From NCBI RefSeq assembly GCF_009914755.1, contig NC_060932.1: DNA of 64,000 nt; one strand, given 5' to 3'. The position numbers and the translations under genes are program-made. Source of the stretch: the human T2T-CHM13v2.0 reference genome, Homo sapiens. Positions 20,801 to 34,809 of this stretch are shown in pieces. The first letter of the stretch is position 1, and each line of letters starts with the position of its first letter. The notes under the pieces were generated by a model. That model saw only the letters and a program-made list of their open reading frames with translations. It was not told where the DNA came from and did not search any database.

Positions 20801-21305
20801 TCTTATATACTGTTGGTGGAAATATAAAGCAGTAAAACTATTTTTTGAAAGAATTTGGCGATTTTTAAAAAAATTACATAAATTACATGCCATTTAATTT
20901 GATTAATAGTTGATTTTAAAATGACCCTTCCTAAATGGCCATGTGAATAGTATTTGTGAGCCTTTTGCAAGATGTCTGTTAACATCCCCTGCTGTAATGT
21001 AAAAAACACATTTCTTTAATAATCTTGCTTCAGAAAGTCTCTCATAAATAGTACATTTTATTTATTTAGACAAGGAGAATTATATAATACATAATACTTT
21101 TCTTTTTTACTTTGTAAGGACACTACGAACAAAATGTAATGTTTCATGATTATAAATCTCTTAAGCTGTGGTTTTCATTTATCTGTTCCCTCAGCTTTAT
21201 GGCTCCTCATGTAAATTTGCAGAAATCCATCCATTCATCCATCCATACACCACCTATCATGATTGATAGGATGTTCAACTATTTGGAATGCCAGTAGAGG
21301 AAATT

Positions 21306-21777
21306 GTGAAGCAGGTTTACTCTGCACCAGTTGTTTGCCTGACTTGGGTGTGATAGAACACTCACACAAAGTTACATGAACCAAATTTGTTACTTACAGA
21401 TAGACGGCAAGGGACAACCAAAGCCTGGGATTCAGGGCAAGCTCATCCCCCGAAGCTCAGGAAAGCTACTTAAGGTGAACAGAGTCTTATCTTCAAGTGC
21501 TCCACTTGCACCACAGGTGTAAAACAGCCTGCCTTGGGCTTTGTACCCCAGTGGCCGCATGACACCTTGGGCAAAAGTGCTGAAGGACACCCTGTTTCTA
21601 GGGCCAACTGGAACAGAGCCTGGACTGTTCCAGCTACCTCTTCTTTATCTCACAATGTTCCATTCCCAGCACATTCTACAGGTATCCTTGAGAATTACAA
21701 GTGAGAAAGTGGAGAGAATTGGGTTGGTCCACTTCCATTCAGAGTTGGTCCACTTTCATTCAGAGAACTGTCCTGCA
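21306..21777 (-). mobile_element. LTR47-like ERVL solo LTR with an internal 21-bp tandem duplication
   Basis: Minus strand TGCAGGACAGTTCTC..gtagaatgtgctgggaatg..; gttggtccactt(c/t)cattcaga occurs twice at about 21723-21764. Confidence 0.55.
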
Positions 21778-22940
21778 GACTTGTTTAGAGGTATCTATTT
21801 CAGCATTTCTCATATCTTCACTTATTAGTGTCTGTAGCTCCACCATTTCTATCTAAGCTCACTCTGAGGTAAAAGAGCCAGGATTTTAATAGAGAACTGA
21901 CATACCTTAGCTTGGGTTGAGAGAATAACTGTAGTTGAGCAGCTAAATCTTCTCCCCTGCTTGCCTTCTGCTTGGACAGAGGTCATGCTCGTTACTAGGT
22001 AATTTATATACATGTAATCTGGAAAACCAAAATGCAGTCAAAGCATGAGTTATCATTTGGCTAGCCATAGAAGAAAAGAGGAGTATCCTTCTAATCATCT
22101 TTACCTTTAGAAAGTCTGGAAAATGACCATTTGTCTGAATAACTAAACTACTAGTTTTATTAAGTCTTAAAAGTCATTTTATGCTGTAAAAACATATTGC
22201 TTTTAATACATTTTAGTTATTTTTCTTTCTTCATGTGAGTGTAGTAAAAGAAGCAGGAAAAATAATCTAATACGTATCTATTAAACAAAAATGTTTTTCT
22301 GCAGTTCCCGAGAGATCCCATGATCCAGAGACAAAGGTGGCAGCTTTGGAGCAAGTGGAGAGCCAGAAAAGGATCCAGAACTGGAGTGGAAGGTGGGAAA
22401 GATCTTTGAGTGCAGCTGCACTGTGTGGGAAGACAAATATGATAATGGACAAACAGCTGTTTGAATCAGACAGTGAAACCTCACTAAAGGGAGAAAAGGG
22501 AGAGCGTTGCTGATGAGAGAGGCCACGGCTACAGTTTTGTGGGTAGAGGTTCAGTTATGAGGGCTAAAATGCTTAGACAGAAATCTCTGGGTTGAGGCTG
22601 AAAGAATTGGAGACCGGCAACTACAAATATAGCAAGTGTGTTTCTTCTTGCTCTCAAAATATACTTTTAGCACTTTGGAGTGACTGGTACTATATGAACA
22701 TCACACAATATTGTAGACAATCTGAGCTTAGTATTCAAGAAGGGTAAGGCATACAATGATGATCAACTATAATATTCTTGATATTCATGATTTTGAAATC
22801 AGAACAGCTATACCATTTGCAAAGAGAGAGTCCATGTGTTTTAGGCCAGTGACAATGACTGTGTTTCTTTCATCTGCATGAGGCACTAAACTGAATGGGA
22901 TGGAGATAAATAGCCTAAGAGGCTTGATGGCAGGGATTCA

Positions 22941-23238
22941 TTTTTTTTTCACCCGAGACAGAGTCTCGCTGTGTCACCAAGGCTGGGGTACAGTGGCAGG
23001 ATCTTGGCTCACTGCAACTTCCGCCTCCCGGGTTCAAGCAATTCTCCCTGCCTCAGCCTCCCAAGTAGCTGGGATTACAGGCACCCACCACCACGCCCGG
23101 CTAATTTTTGTATTTTTTAGTAGAGACGGGGTTTTGCCATGTTGGCCAAGCTGGTCTTGAACTCCAGACCTCACGTGATCCACCCGACTCCGCCTCCCAA
23201 AGTGCTGAGATTACCGGCATAAGCTGCCATGCCTGGCC
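22941..23238 (-). mobile_element. AluS
   Basis: Alu reverse complement; TSD gcagggattca on both sides. Confidence 0.93.
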
Positions 23239-25063
23239 TGCAGGGATTCAATTTTTAAGCCATTATCAGGATTTGTTGATCTGGTTTTGAGGTTTTTTTT
23301 AAATATGATGGTCAGATCTAGTCAGAAGCTACTGGCCATGAATTAGGTGTATTTTGGTTATGCATTGAATTTTAGATATTTACATGAATTTAATTGATGG
23401 AGACAGTAGTTTTATATATTTAGTTTTCTGAATCTTTATCAGGGACTTTTTCCTGTAATTTGAGAAATCCTAATAAACGATTTCACATCTTCCTCAAAGT
23501 AACATAGAGGATTCAAATAGTTGTTCAGATGATTTAAATGTTGTGATTTTACTCAGTTACCTAACATTTTAAATTATTTCTCTTTCTTCTCCTTTGGCTT
23601 GGAAACAGTGGCAACAGTAACTTCTAAGAGTTGAATATTATTGAATCCTTTCTCTGATCCACCTACTAGGTTCAGTATTTTAAAAACACAAATTATATAG
23701 TCAGATAATCTTTGTTGGCCTTTTATGCCTATTAAAATATCTGTTAAAAATATTTCCTCTATTTATTTTGATCTTTTTGTCTTTTTTCTCTGCATTCAGA
23801 ATCATTATCTTCTACCTGTTCTCTAAGACAGTGATTTGATTTTTGACAGTGGCTATCCTGGTCCTTGCTTTTATAATTGATCTATTTGATCTATATTGGT
23901 GCTTTTAAATTCTCAACTTATTGTCTCATTCTTTAAAAAATCATATATTTGGGTTCTAGTTTTTCTTGAATTCATATGCTTATTAAATTCTTTTATAACT
24001 TGAACTTCTCAAAGGCAAATTGTCTTCTAATCCTTGGGTAGTTTTTCTTTACATTGCTTTCCCCTTATAATATTTTCCTTTACTTGTATTTCTTTTCTTT
24101 ATTTCTATTCTGATTCCTATTTCTTTTCTTTTTTTCTCTTTCCTTTCCTTTCTTCTCAATTTAAAAAATATATGCTACTTCTTTTAATCTAGCATATTTT
24201 AACAATAGGAATTTTTCAGACCAACTTTTTGCTCTGATATAGGGTGGATGAATATTTTTGACACTGTTACCACTAGGGATGACACAGAAAAGACAATTTC
24301 ATCTTTTTTTTTTTTCACTAGATTGAATGCAGTTTTTCCCCATGAGACAAAATATCCCTGAATTTTCTTTTTAAGTTCCTCTTAAGAAGGTTTCAGAATT
24401 CCTCTATAGCTCAAAGCATCAAAGGAAGAACCAATTTTAATTTGACTTTGCTTTAGGTGAATTAACCATCTTCCTAGTCTTTTATTTTCTTTAACGATTT
24501 GCTGTCTCTCCCATGCTTCCTCCTTAGAACAGCTGCTCTCTAGCCTACTTCATTGACAGCACCAGCCAAGTGAATAGGTCAGAGAAGAGAGGTAAGGAAG
24601 CCAGCTGTGTGGGTTGTACCTCCCTATGGAGCCAGTTAATGACACACGGGGCTCAATCCACCATCTTCTGCTTTTCCCTACAAACTCAAATATTCTCTGA
24701 ACTTCAGCTATCACCATCCTGGTAATTACACCTACTTTCACAACTCTAGCTCTAATGTCATCCTGAGAGTAGCTCATCTTCACATGTGAGATCCTTTCAT
24801 AGAATCAAAGATTATTGCAGCCAGAAGCTGAGTCCACTGTGCCTCATCCCCATCTTGAAGATGAGGAAAACAGAGGACTGGCAGAAGGTGGGTACAGAAT
24901 CCAGCCATGTTCCTTTTAGTCCAGTGTTCTTTCATCTCACTTTACTGTATCCACTCTTCAAACTCAATATTTCAAAATATAATTTACATTTTCCCTGATA
25001 ACTAGCTCTGCATTTCAGTTTCTCAGTGTGACTGGCAACTCCATTGTCTTGTGTTCTCATCTT

Positions 25064-25877
25064 CTTTTTTTTTTTATTATACTTTAAGTTCTAGGGTACA
25101 TGTGCACAACATGCAGGTTTGTTACATATGTATACATGTGCCATGTTGGTGTGCTGCACCCATTAACTCGTCATTTAACATTAGGTATATCCCCTAATAC
25201 TATCCTTCCCCACTCCCCCCACCCCACAACAGGCCCTGGTGTGTGATGTTCCCCACCCTGTGTCCAAGTGTTATCATTGTTCGATTCCCACCTATGAGTG
25301 AGAACATGTGGTGTTTGGTTTTCTGTCCTTGCGATAATTTGCTCAGAATCATGGTTTCCAGCTTCATCCATGTCCCTACAAAGGACATGAACTCATCATT
25401 TTTTTATGGCTGCATAGTATTCCATGGTGTATATGTGCCACATTTTCTTAATCCAGTCTATCATTGATGGACGTTTGGGTTGGTTCCAAGTCTTTGCTAT
25501 TGTGAATAGTGCTGCAATAAACATATGTGGGCATGTGTCTTTATAGCAGCATGATTTATAATCCTTTGGGTATATACCCAGTAATGGGATGGCTGGGTCA
25601 AATGGTATTTCTAGTTGTAGATCCTTGAGGAATTGCCACACTGTCTTCCATAATGGTTGAACTAGTTTACAGTCCCACTAACAGTGTAAAAGTGTTCCTA
25701 TTTCTCCACATCCTCTCCAGAACCTGTTGTTTCCTGACTTTTTAATGATCGCCATTCTAACTGGTGTGAGATGGTATCTCACTGTGGTTTTGATTTGCAT
25801 TTCTCTGATGGCCAGTGATGATGAGCATTTTTTTCATGTAAATGCTCATCGTCACTGGCCATCAGAGAAATGCAAAT
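25064..25877 (-). mobile_element. 5'-truncated L1PA (PA4-PA6-like) 3' end with a fold-back inversion at its 5' junction
   Basis: T tail, 3' UTR and ORF2 C-terminus (LEIPFDPAIPLLGIYPKDYK); the last 38 bp are an inverted copy. Confidence 0.92.
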
Positions 25878-26540
25878 GCTTTGATTCTTCTATATTTTAT
25901 ATATATAATTATTTATCATGTCTGTTAAATTTTATGCTTAATACCATGTCTCACCTTCCTTTCTTTTTAAGTATTACTGTCCCTATACTCTGAGGACGTT
26001 ATGTTTATATAATTGCAGTATTCTATTTTGCATCCCTGTTTTTGATTTTCATTTCATTCATATAAAAATATAATCTGACAGCAATTGTATACCAGGCACT
26101 ATGGATATGTGGTGAGATTTCATTGTAAATGAAGGAAGTAAACATACATTAAAGGCTGTAGATAGACTTGTTTTCTCTGCTTCTTTCCCTCGTACTCTGT
26201 CTTAAACCTACCTGACTCAGGCTTTTGACCCATCACAGCACCAAAACTGTTCTTGCTCTGTTTACTCTTGATCTGACTTCTGCATGGCTAAATCTAATGG
26301 TTAAGAATGAGTCCTCCTCCTATAGACTAGGTGTCATTTAGCAAATGTTTCTGAGGATATGCCACATGCCAGCTCTGTTTCAGGTATTGAGGCTATGAAG
26401 GTAAAAGAAAAAAAGATTAAAAAAAAAATCCTGGCCCTTACAAAGTTTACATTCCATGAACATCCTTTGAAAAAGTTGATCATACTCTACTCTCTTATTA
26501 AATACTTACTTTCCTCACTATTCCTTTAGATACAACTCTT

Positions 26541-27406
26541 TAAACATTTTTAATTTTTAATATATAGGAGTACAAGTATGGATTTCTTACATACATATAT
26601 CATATAGTGGTGAAATCTGAGATTTTAGTGTACCCATCACTCAAATAGTGAGCATTGTACCCAAGAGGTAACTTTTTAATCCTCACTCCCTTCCACCCTT
26701 CCAACTTTTGGAGTCTCCAGTATTTATTATTCTGCTCCGTATGTCCATGTGTGCCCATCATTTAGCTCTCATTTATAAGTGAGAACATGCAGTATTTGTT
26801 TTTCTGTTCCTGAGTTATTTTACTTAGGATAATGGCCTCAAGTTCCATCCATGCTGCTACAAAAGACATTATTTCATTATTTTTTATGGCTAAGTAGTAT
26901 TCCATTGGGTGTGTGTGTGTGTGTGTGTGTGTGTATACATACATACATATATGCACACATTTTATATAAAAATGTGGTGTATATACATATATATATGTAT
27001 ATGTGCACATACGTGTATATATCTGTCTCACATTTTAAAAATCCAGTTCTTTGTTGATGGACACTTAGGTTGATTTCATTACTTTGTTATTGTGAATAGT
27101 GCTGTGATAAGCATACAAGTGCAGGCATCTTTTTGATATAATTATTTCTTTTCCTTTGAATAGATACCCAGTAGTGAGATTGCTGGATCAAATGGTAGTT
27201 CTATTTTTAGTTCTTTGAAAATCTCCATAGTGTTCCACAGAGGTTGTACTAGTTTACATTCCCACCAACAGTGCATAAGCATTCCATTTTCTCCACATCC
27301 TTGCCAACATCTATTGTTTTGGACTTTTTAGTAATAGCCATTCTGACTGGTGTAAGATAGTATCTCATTGTGGTTTTGATTTGTATTTCTCTGATGATTA
27401 GTGATG
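26541..27406 (-). mobile_element. L1PB/L1MA-type 3' end containing a (TG)n/(TA)-rich microsatellite (about 26909-27022)
   Basis: ORF2 C-terminal relic (IMSFVAAWMELEAIILS); TSD gatacaa(c/t)tctt at 26529-26540 and 27407-27418. Confidence 0.85.
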
Positions 27407-27419
27407 GATACAATTCTTG

Positions 27420-27900
27420 ATTCTTCTACCTTTCTGGCTGTTTCTTCTCAGTCTCATTGGCTGCACAAGACTCACCTTCTCAACTTCTAAATGGGGAAGT
27501 GCCGTACTATTCAGTCCTTGAACCTTTTCTCTGCTTCTCCAGATGCATCTATTCACCATGTGATGGCCCCCAATTCCATCGCTTTAAGCACTATTTAGAA
27601 ACTTGCCTCAGGGCTCTCTTTTCTCAAATGCTTCTGATCAGCAGGCACTCTTTGACCACTTGATCAAGATTGAACCTGCTCACCATTTTCCGTCCTCTTG
27701 CCCAATTTTATTTTTTAATAGAATTTATCACTATCAGTTTTTACATATCAATTTGCCCATTTATTAATTTTCTCCTCCTATCAGAATAAAAGCTCCATGA
27801 GGAAAGGGACATTGTTTTGTTCACTGTTCTATTCCAAGTGCCCCAAGTAACTGGCACATAGTCAGCACTCTGTAAACATTCATTAAATGTATAAATAATG
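27420..27900 (+). mobile_element. L2 3' fragment
   Basis: aagctccatgaggaaagggac..ttgttcactg..tggcacatagtcagcactc..aaacattcattaaatg. Confidence 0.65.
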
Positions 27901-28875
27901 ATAATGAGAGCCGGAAGGGAGGGGGCTTATAGTACATTAAGAGTATATTTGATGTGATCCATCACATTAACAGAATGAAGGACAAAAACCATATGATCAT
28001 CTCAATAGATGCAGAATAAGCATTTGACAAAATTTCACATTATTTCATCATAAAAACTTGCAACAAATTAGGTATAGAAGAAATGTACCAAAACAAAATA
28101 AAAGTTGTATATGACAAGCCCACAGATAATATCAACTCAATGGTGAAAAGTTTAAAGATTTTCCTGTGAGATAAGGAACAAGACAAAGATGCGCACTCTC
28201 ACCACTTCTATTCAACATAGTACTGGAGATTCTAACCAGAGCAATTAGACAAAAGAAAGAAATAACATGCACTCTAACTGGAAATGAAAAAGTTTAATTG
28301 TCTCTGTTTGTAGATGACATGCTCTTATATATAAAAATCCCTAAAGACTTTATACAAAAACTGTTGGAGCTAACAAGGAAATTCAGTAAAGTTTCATTAT
28401 ACAAAGTCAACATACAAAAATCAATAACATTTTTATATGTTAACAATGAACTATTTGAGAAAACAATCCCATTTAGAACAGCTACAAAAAGTACTTAGGA
28501 ATAAATTTTTTTAAAAAGCTGAAAGATCTGTACACTGCAAATTATAAAACATTTTTGCAAGAAATTGAAGAAGACACAAATAAAAATATATCCTACGTAC
28601 CTGGATTGGAAGAATTAATATTGTTAAAATATCCATACTACCCAAAGCAATATACAAATAAAATTCAATCCCTATCAAAATTCTGATGACATTTTTTAAA
28701 GAAATAAAAAAAATTCTAAAATTTGTATGGAACCACAAAAGACCTCAATAGCCAAAGCAATCTACAGCAAAAAGAACAGAGCTGGAGGCATCACACTGTC
28801 AGATTTTAAAATTTATTACAAAGCTATAGTAATCAAAACAGCATGGTACTGGCAAAAACAGACTCATAGACCAAT

Positions 28876-31182
28876 TATATTTGTCTATTCACACACTGCT
28901 ATGAAGAAATATCTGAGTAATTTATAAAGGAAAGAGGTTTTATAGACTCATAGTTCTGCATTGCTTGGGAGGCCTCAGGAAACTTACAATCATGGTGGAA
29001 GGCAAAGGAGAAGCAGGCACATTCTTCACAGGGTGGCAGGATGGAGTAAGTGCAAGCAGGGGAAATGCCAGACACTTATAAAACCATAAGATCTCGTGAG
29101 ACTCACTCATTATCACAAGAACAGAATAAGGGAAACAGCCCCTATGATTCAATTACCTCCACCTGGTCCCACCCTGACATGTGGGAATTATGGGGATTAC
29201 AATTCAAGATGAGATTTGGGTGGGGACACAAAACTTAACTATATCTTTTTGCTCTGGCCCCTCCCAAATCTCATGTCCTCACATTTCACAACATAATCAT
29301 GCCTTCCAACAGTTGCCCAGAGTCTTAACTCATTCCAACATTAACCCAAAAGTCCAAATCCAAAGTCTCATCTGAGACAGGGCAAGTCCCTTCTGCCTAT
29401 GAGCCTGTAAAATCAAAAGCAAGTTAGTTACTTCCTAGATAAAATGGGGATACAGGTATTGGGTATAGCCATTCCAATGGGAGAAATTAACTAAAACAAA
29501 GGGGCTACAGGCCCTGTGCGAGTCTGAAATCCAATAGAGCAGTCATTAAACCTTAAGTTCCAAAATTATCTCCTTTCACTTCATGTCTCACATCTAGGTT
29601 ATGCTGATGCAAGAGGTGGGTTCCCGTGGTCTTAGGCAGCTCTGCCCCTCTGGCTTCACAGGATACAACCCATCCTGGCTGCTTTCACTGCTGGCATTAA
29701 GTGTCTGTGGCTTTTCCAGGTGCATGGTGCAAGCTGTTGGTTGATCTACCATTCTGGGGTCTGGAGAACAGTGGCCTTTTTCTCATAGCTCCTCTAGGCA
29801 GTGCCCGCATGGGGACTCTGTGTGGGGTCACCAACCTCACGTTTCCCTTCTGCACTGCCCTCACAGAGGCTCTCCATGAGGGCTCTTCCCCTGCAGGAAA
29901 CTTCTGTCTGGACATCCAGGCATTTCCCTAGATCCTCTGAAATCTAGGTGGAAGTTCCCAAACCTCAATTCTTGACTTCTGTGCACACACAGGCCCAACA
30001 CCATGTGTAAGCTGCCAAGGCTTGGAGTTTGCACTCTCTGAAGCAATGGCCTGAGCTGTATGCTGACCCTTTTTAGCCAGGGCTGGAGCTGAAGCAGCTG
30101 GGACACAGGGCACCATGTCCTGAGGCTGCACAGAGCAGAGTGGCCTTGGGCTGGGCCCCTGAAACCATTTTTCCCGCCTAGGCCTCCTGGCCTGTGATGG
30201 GAAGGGCTGCCATGAAGGTCTCTGACCTTTTCCCCATTGTCTTGGTGATTAACATTCCATTCCTCATTACTTATGCAAATTTCTGTGGCAGGCTGGAATT
30301 TCTCCCCAGAAAATGAGTTTCTATTTTCTATTGCATGGTCAGGTTGGATATTTTTCAAACTTTTATGCTCTGCTTTCTCTTGAACACTTTGCCACTTAGA
30401 AATTTCTTCCACCAAATACTCTAGATCATCTCTTTCAAGTTCAAAGTTCCACAGATCTCTAGGGCAGAAGCAAAATGCCACCATTCTCTTTGCATAGCAA
30501 GGGTGACCTTTACTGCAGTTGCCAAAAAGTTCCTCATCTCCATCTGTGATCACCTCAGCCTGGACTTCATTGTCCATATTGCTGTCAGCATTTTGGTCAA
30601 AGCCATTCAACAAGTCTCTAGGAAGCTCCAAATCTTCCCACATCTTCCTGTCATCTGAGCCCTCCAAGTCTCTAGGAAGTTCCAAACTTTCCCACATTTT
30701 CCTGTCTTCTTCTGAGTCCTCCAAACTGTTCCAATCTGTGCTTGTTACCCAGTTCTAAAGTTGCTTCCACATTTTCACATATCTTTATAGCAGCACTCCA
30801 CTCTCTGTGGTATCAATTTACTATATTAGTCTGTTCTCACACTGCTATGAAAAAATACCTGAGACTGGGTAATTTTTAAAGGAAAGAGGTTTAATAGACT
30901 CACATTTCTGCATTGCTTGGGAGGCCTCAGGAAACTTTCAATAATGGCAGAAGGCAAAGGAGAAGCAGGCACCCTCTTCACAGGGCAGCAGGACAGAGTG
31001 AGTGCAAGCAGGGGAAATGCCAGATGCTTATGGGACCATCAGATCTTGTGAGACTCACTCATTAACAGCATGGGGGAAACAGCCACAATGATTCAATTGT
31101 GTCCACCTGGTCCCATGCTTGACATGTGGGGATTACAATTCAAGGTGAGATTTGTGTGGGGACACAGAGCCAAACCATGTCA
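28876..31182 (-). mobile_element. Complete THE1D-like MaLR provirus: 5' LTR about 30822-31182, internal region about 29246-30821, 3' LTR about 28876-29245
   Basis: Two homologous ~360-bp LTRs (TGACATGGTTTGGCTCTGTGTCCCC start); internal MaLR ORF relic DRKMWESLELPRDL; imperfect TSD ccaat/ccacc. Confidence 0.88.
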
Positions 31183-31766
31183 CCACCGGAACAGAATGGA
31201 GAGCTCAGATTTTTAACAAGGCTGCCAAGACCACGCTGTGGGGAAAGGACAATCTTTTCAGTAAATAGTTTTGGAAAAACTATATACCCACATGCAGAAG
31301 AATGAAACTAGACCCTTATCTTACACCATGTACAAAAACCAACTCAGAATGGACTAGAGACTCAAATGTAAGGCCTGTAACTATACAATTACTAAAAGAA
31401 ATCATAGGTTAAAAGCTCTTTGACACTGGTCTGGGTAATGATTTTTTTTGGGTATGACCCCAAGAGTACAGGCAGCAAAAGCAGAAAGAGACAAACGGGA
31501 TTATATCAATCCAAAAAGCACCTGCACAGCAAAGAAAGCAATCAACAGAGTGAAGAGATGACCTATGGAATGGGAAGAAATATTTGCAAGCTATGTATAT
31601 AATAAGGGACTGATATCTAAAACATATGAAGAACTCAGATAACTTAAAGTCAAGAAAATAAATAATCCATTTAAAGAATGGGCAAAGATTCTGAACAGAC
31701 ATTTTCGAAAAGGTAAATGAAACAACAGGTATATAAATGGTCAACATGTATATGAAAAAAAATGTT

Positions 31767-32070
31767 GGCTGGGTGTGGTGGCTCATGCCTGTAATCCCAG
31801 CATTTTGAGAGGCTGAGGCAGGTGGATAGCTTGAGCTCAGGAGTTCCAGACCAGCCTGGCCAACATGGCAAAACCCTGTTTTTACTAAAAATACAAAAAT
31901 TAGCTGAGTGTGGTGGCATGCTCCTGCAGTCCCTGCTACTTGGGAGGCTGAGGCATGAGAATTGCTTGTACCTGGGAGACGAAGGTTGCAGTGAGACAAG
32001 ATCTCATCACTGCACTCCAGCCTAGGCCACAGAGTGAGACCCTGTCTCAAAAAATTAGAAAAAAAATTTT
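31767..32070 (+). mobile_element. Alu (J/old S)
   Basis: ggctgggtgtggtggctcatgcctgtaatcccagc through an A-rich tail. Confidence 0.9.
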
Positions 32071-34511
32071 AAAAAGAAAAGACGAAAAAAGAAAAAAATG
32101 CTCAACATCACTAATCATCAGCCATAATGAGGTATCACCTTACCTATCAGAAATGGCTATTATTAAAAAGAGAAACAATAACAAATATTGGTGAGCATGC
32201 GGGGAAAAAACGAGGCACACTGTTGGTGGAAATGTAAGTTAGTACAGTACAGTCATTATGAAAACCACCGAGAGGTTCCTCAAAAACTTAAAAATAGAAT
32301 TCTGTCATTTGCAACAATATGGATGAACCTGGAGAGCATTACCTTAAGTGAAATAAGCCAGGCACAGAAAGATAAATACCACATGATCTCACTTATAAGG
32401 GTCACAGTAGCAGAAAGTAGTGGTTACAAGGAGACTGAGGGCAGGGTATTGGGTAGATGTTGGTCAAAGAACACAAATTTCAGTAAGACAGGAAGAATAA
32501 GTTCAAGAGATCTGTTGTTCACCATGGTAAGTATATTTAACAGCAACCTAGTGTATATCTGAAAATTTGTAAAAGAGTAGATTTTAGTGTTCTCATCACA
32601 AAAAAGATAAGAATGGTAGGTGATTGTTAGGTTAATTAGCGTGATTTAGCCATTCCACAATATATACATACATTAAAACATTATGCTGTACCACATAAAT
32701 ATATATCATTTTTATTTGTCAGTTTAATAAAATTGAAAGCTCAGAGAAATTTCCTTAGGTGGGGGTGACAATTGGGGACATTTTACACAGAGGGAACATG
32801 TGCTAAGGCCCTGGGGCAAGAAGGAGAACATGCAGTCAATGTAACAGAAGATGTACTCATGTCACTGAAGTGTACACAGTGTCGGGGAGAAAAGTAGAAA
32901 AGGAGACTGAGCAGATAGGCAGGAACGTCAACTGTTCAGAACTTAAAGATCATGATAAAATGTGTTTTTTTAATTTTAAATTTTATTCTAAAATAAATAC
33001 AACGTCATTATTAAAAAGGTCTTTTAGGACTTTTTAAATGGCACATCTTTCAGTGGAGTCAGGTACTAACATAAAACTTGTTTTTTCTCTCTATGACTGT
33101 GGTCAGCATACTCTGAACACGCTAAGTAACCAAAGACTTGAGAAGGCTAGGTGTGTATTCAGTATGACAAAGATGCGAAAAGAAACAAACTGGGTCTGTG
33201 ATTCATTTCTTCTGGATCTCAGAATAGAATTCTTCATGTTAGGTCTTTATCTCAATTGCTACATGGCTTGATGATCTGTATATAAGGGATATTGAACATT
33301 GATTAGGCCAGTGAAAGAGAAGTCTTGTTAAAGGTTGCCAGGGTGAACAAAGTTAAAAAGCTAAAATTTTTAATCATGAAATTAGAAAGGTACTTTTTCT
33401 TACCCATCTTGGAAGCAGTGGAGCCAAGCAGTTATATTCCCTTTTACATTTGGCATTCTGGATGTAGTACCTTTCCAAAAGCTATTTATGGCATGACCAA
33501 AAAGAGCCAGCTTGTAATATTTTAGTTTTACCAAGAGAACTAATATATGTTTTAGTTTCAGCAAAGATAGAAATCATGGAGATTTTGGTCCAACTGATTT
33601 TCCATTTTTTTCCGGGAACAATTAGCCACAAACTGTTGTATAGCTTTTAGGGCACCACCCAAGGGCCAAGTGATTCTCTTCAAATTGAAAGCATATCATT
33701 CTTTTCCACATCACTGGTACCACAGCCAAGTTTCTGGGCTTATGTCACTTTGTCTAAAGTTCCAAGGGGGTTGATTTCACTTCAAACATATTCTTGATCT
33801 TTCTTCTGGGCAACCAGTGTGGTTTGATCAGATTGACTTTCTGTAAATACACTGGAGAATTTTTGTGGAACCTGTCTGTTATTGAAATGAAGCATTTGCT
33901 TATAATCATGTTCTCATATCTTTCAGTACACAACTGGCTCTTCCCTTAGTTGCTGTTGTTTTTAAATCCAGATTCCCAACTGTCTCCTACCTGACATTCT
34001 GTGAGACAGTAATTTTCTGGAGTTTGCATACTTGCCATGTATTGAAAAGCAGTATTTATCCATTGACAAAAATGCTTGTAAATGCATTTGATCAACCTGC
34101 TGAAATTTCGATTTTTAGAGTCATTTTAATATGGCATTTTCCCTTAAAATTTTCAGGCCTCCTGGCACTTGTGCATTTATTTGTATTTGTTTATGTATTC
34201 CTAACACTTAAATACTTTGAGGTGTGTTCTTTCTGATCATACCTGCCTGTGGAATTCTGTATAGTTTTCTCACTCCGTCTGTAAAATAATTCAACCAGAA
34301 ATGCAAAGGAAGGAGGAAATATGATTCTCTTTTTTGAGATTTAGCTGCGAAGGAGTTAAGGAAGAAGATCATGGAAAGTTGGACAGAGCACAGATGAGTA
34401 CAGTAAAGGATGAAAACCCGTATTCACAAACCATATGGATTCAGGAGTAAAAATTGTGATTATTATTATTATTTTGGCTCTTGTAACCTGCTGTTATGGA
34501 ACCTGAATACC

Positions 34512-34809
<298 letters not shown>

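Larger units (their letters stand above)
27950..32735 (+). mobile_element. L1MA-type element (RT region to 3' end), interrupted by a THE1 provirus and an Alu
   Basis: ORF2 relics SLFVDDMLLY and [28 protein letters not shown]; sequence resumes after 31182; L1MA 3' UTR ends tttatttgtcagtttaataaaa. Confidence 0.85.
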
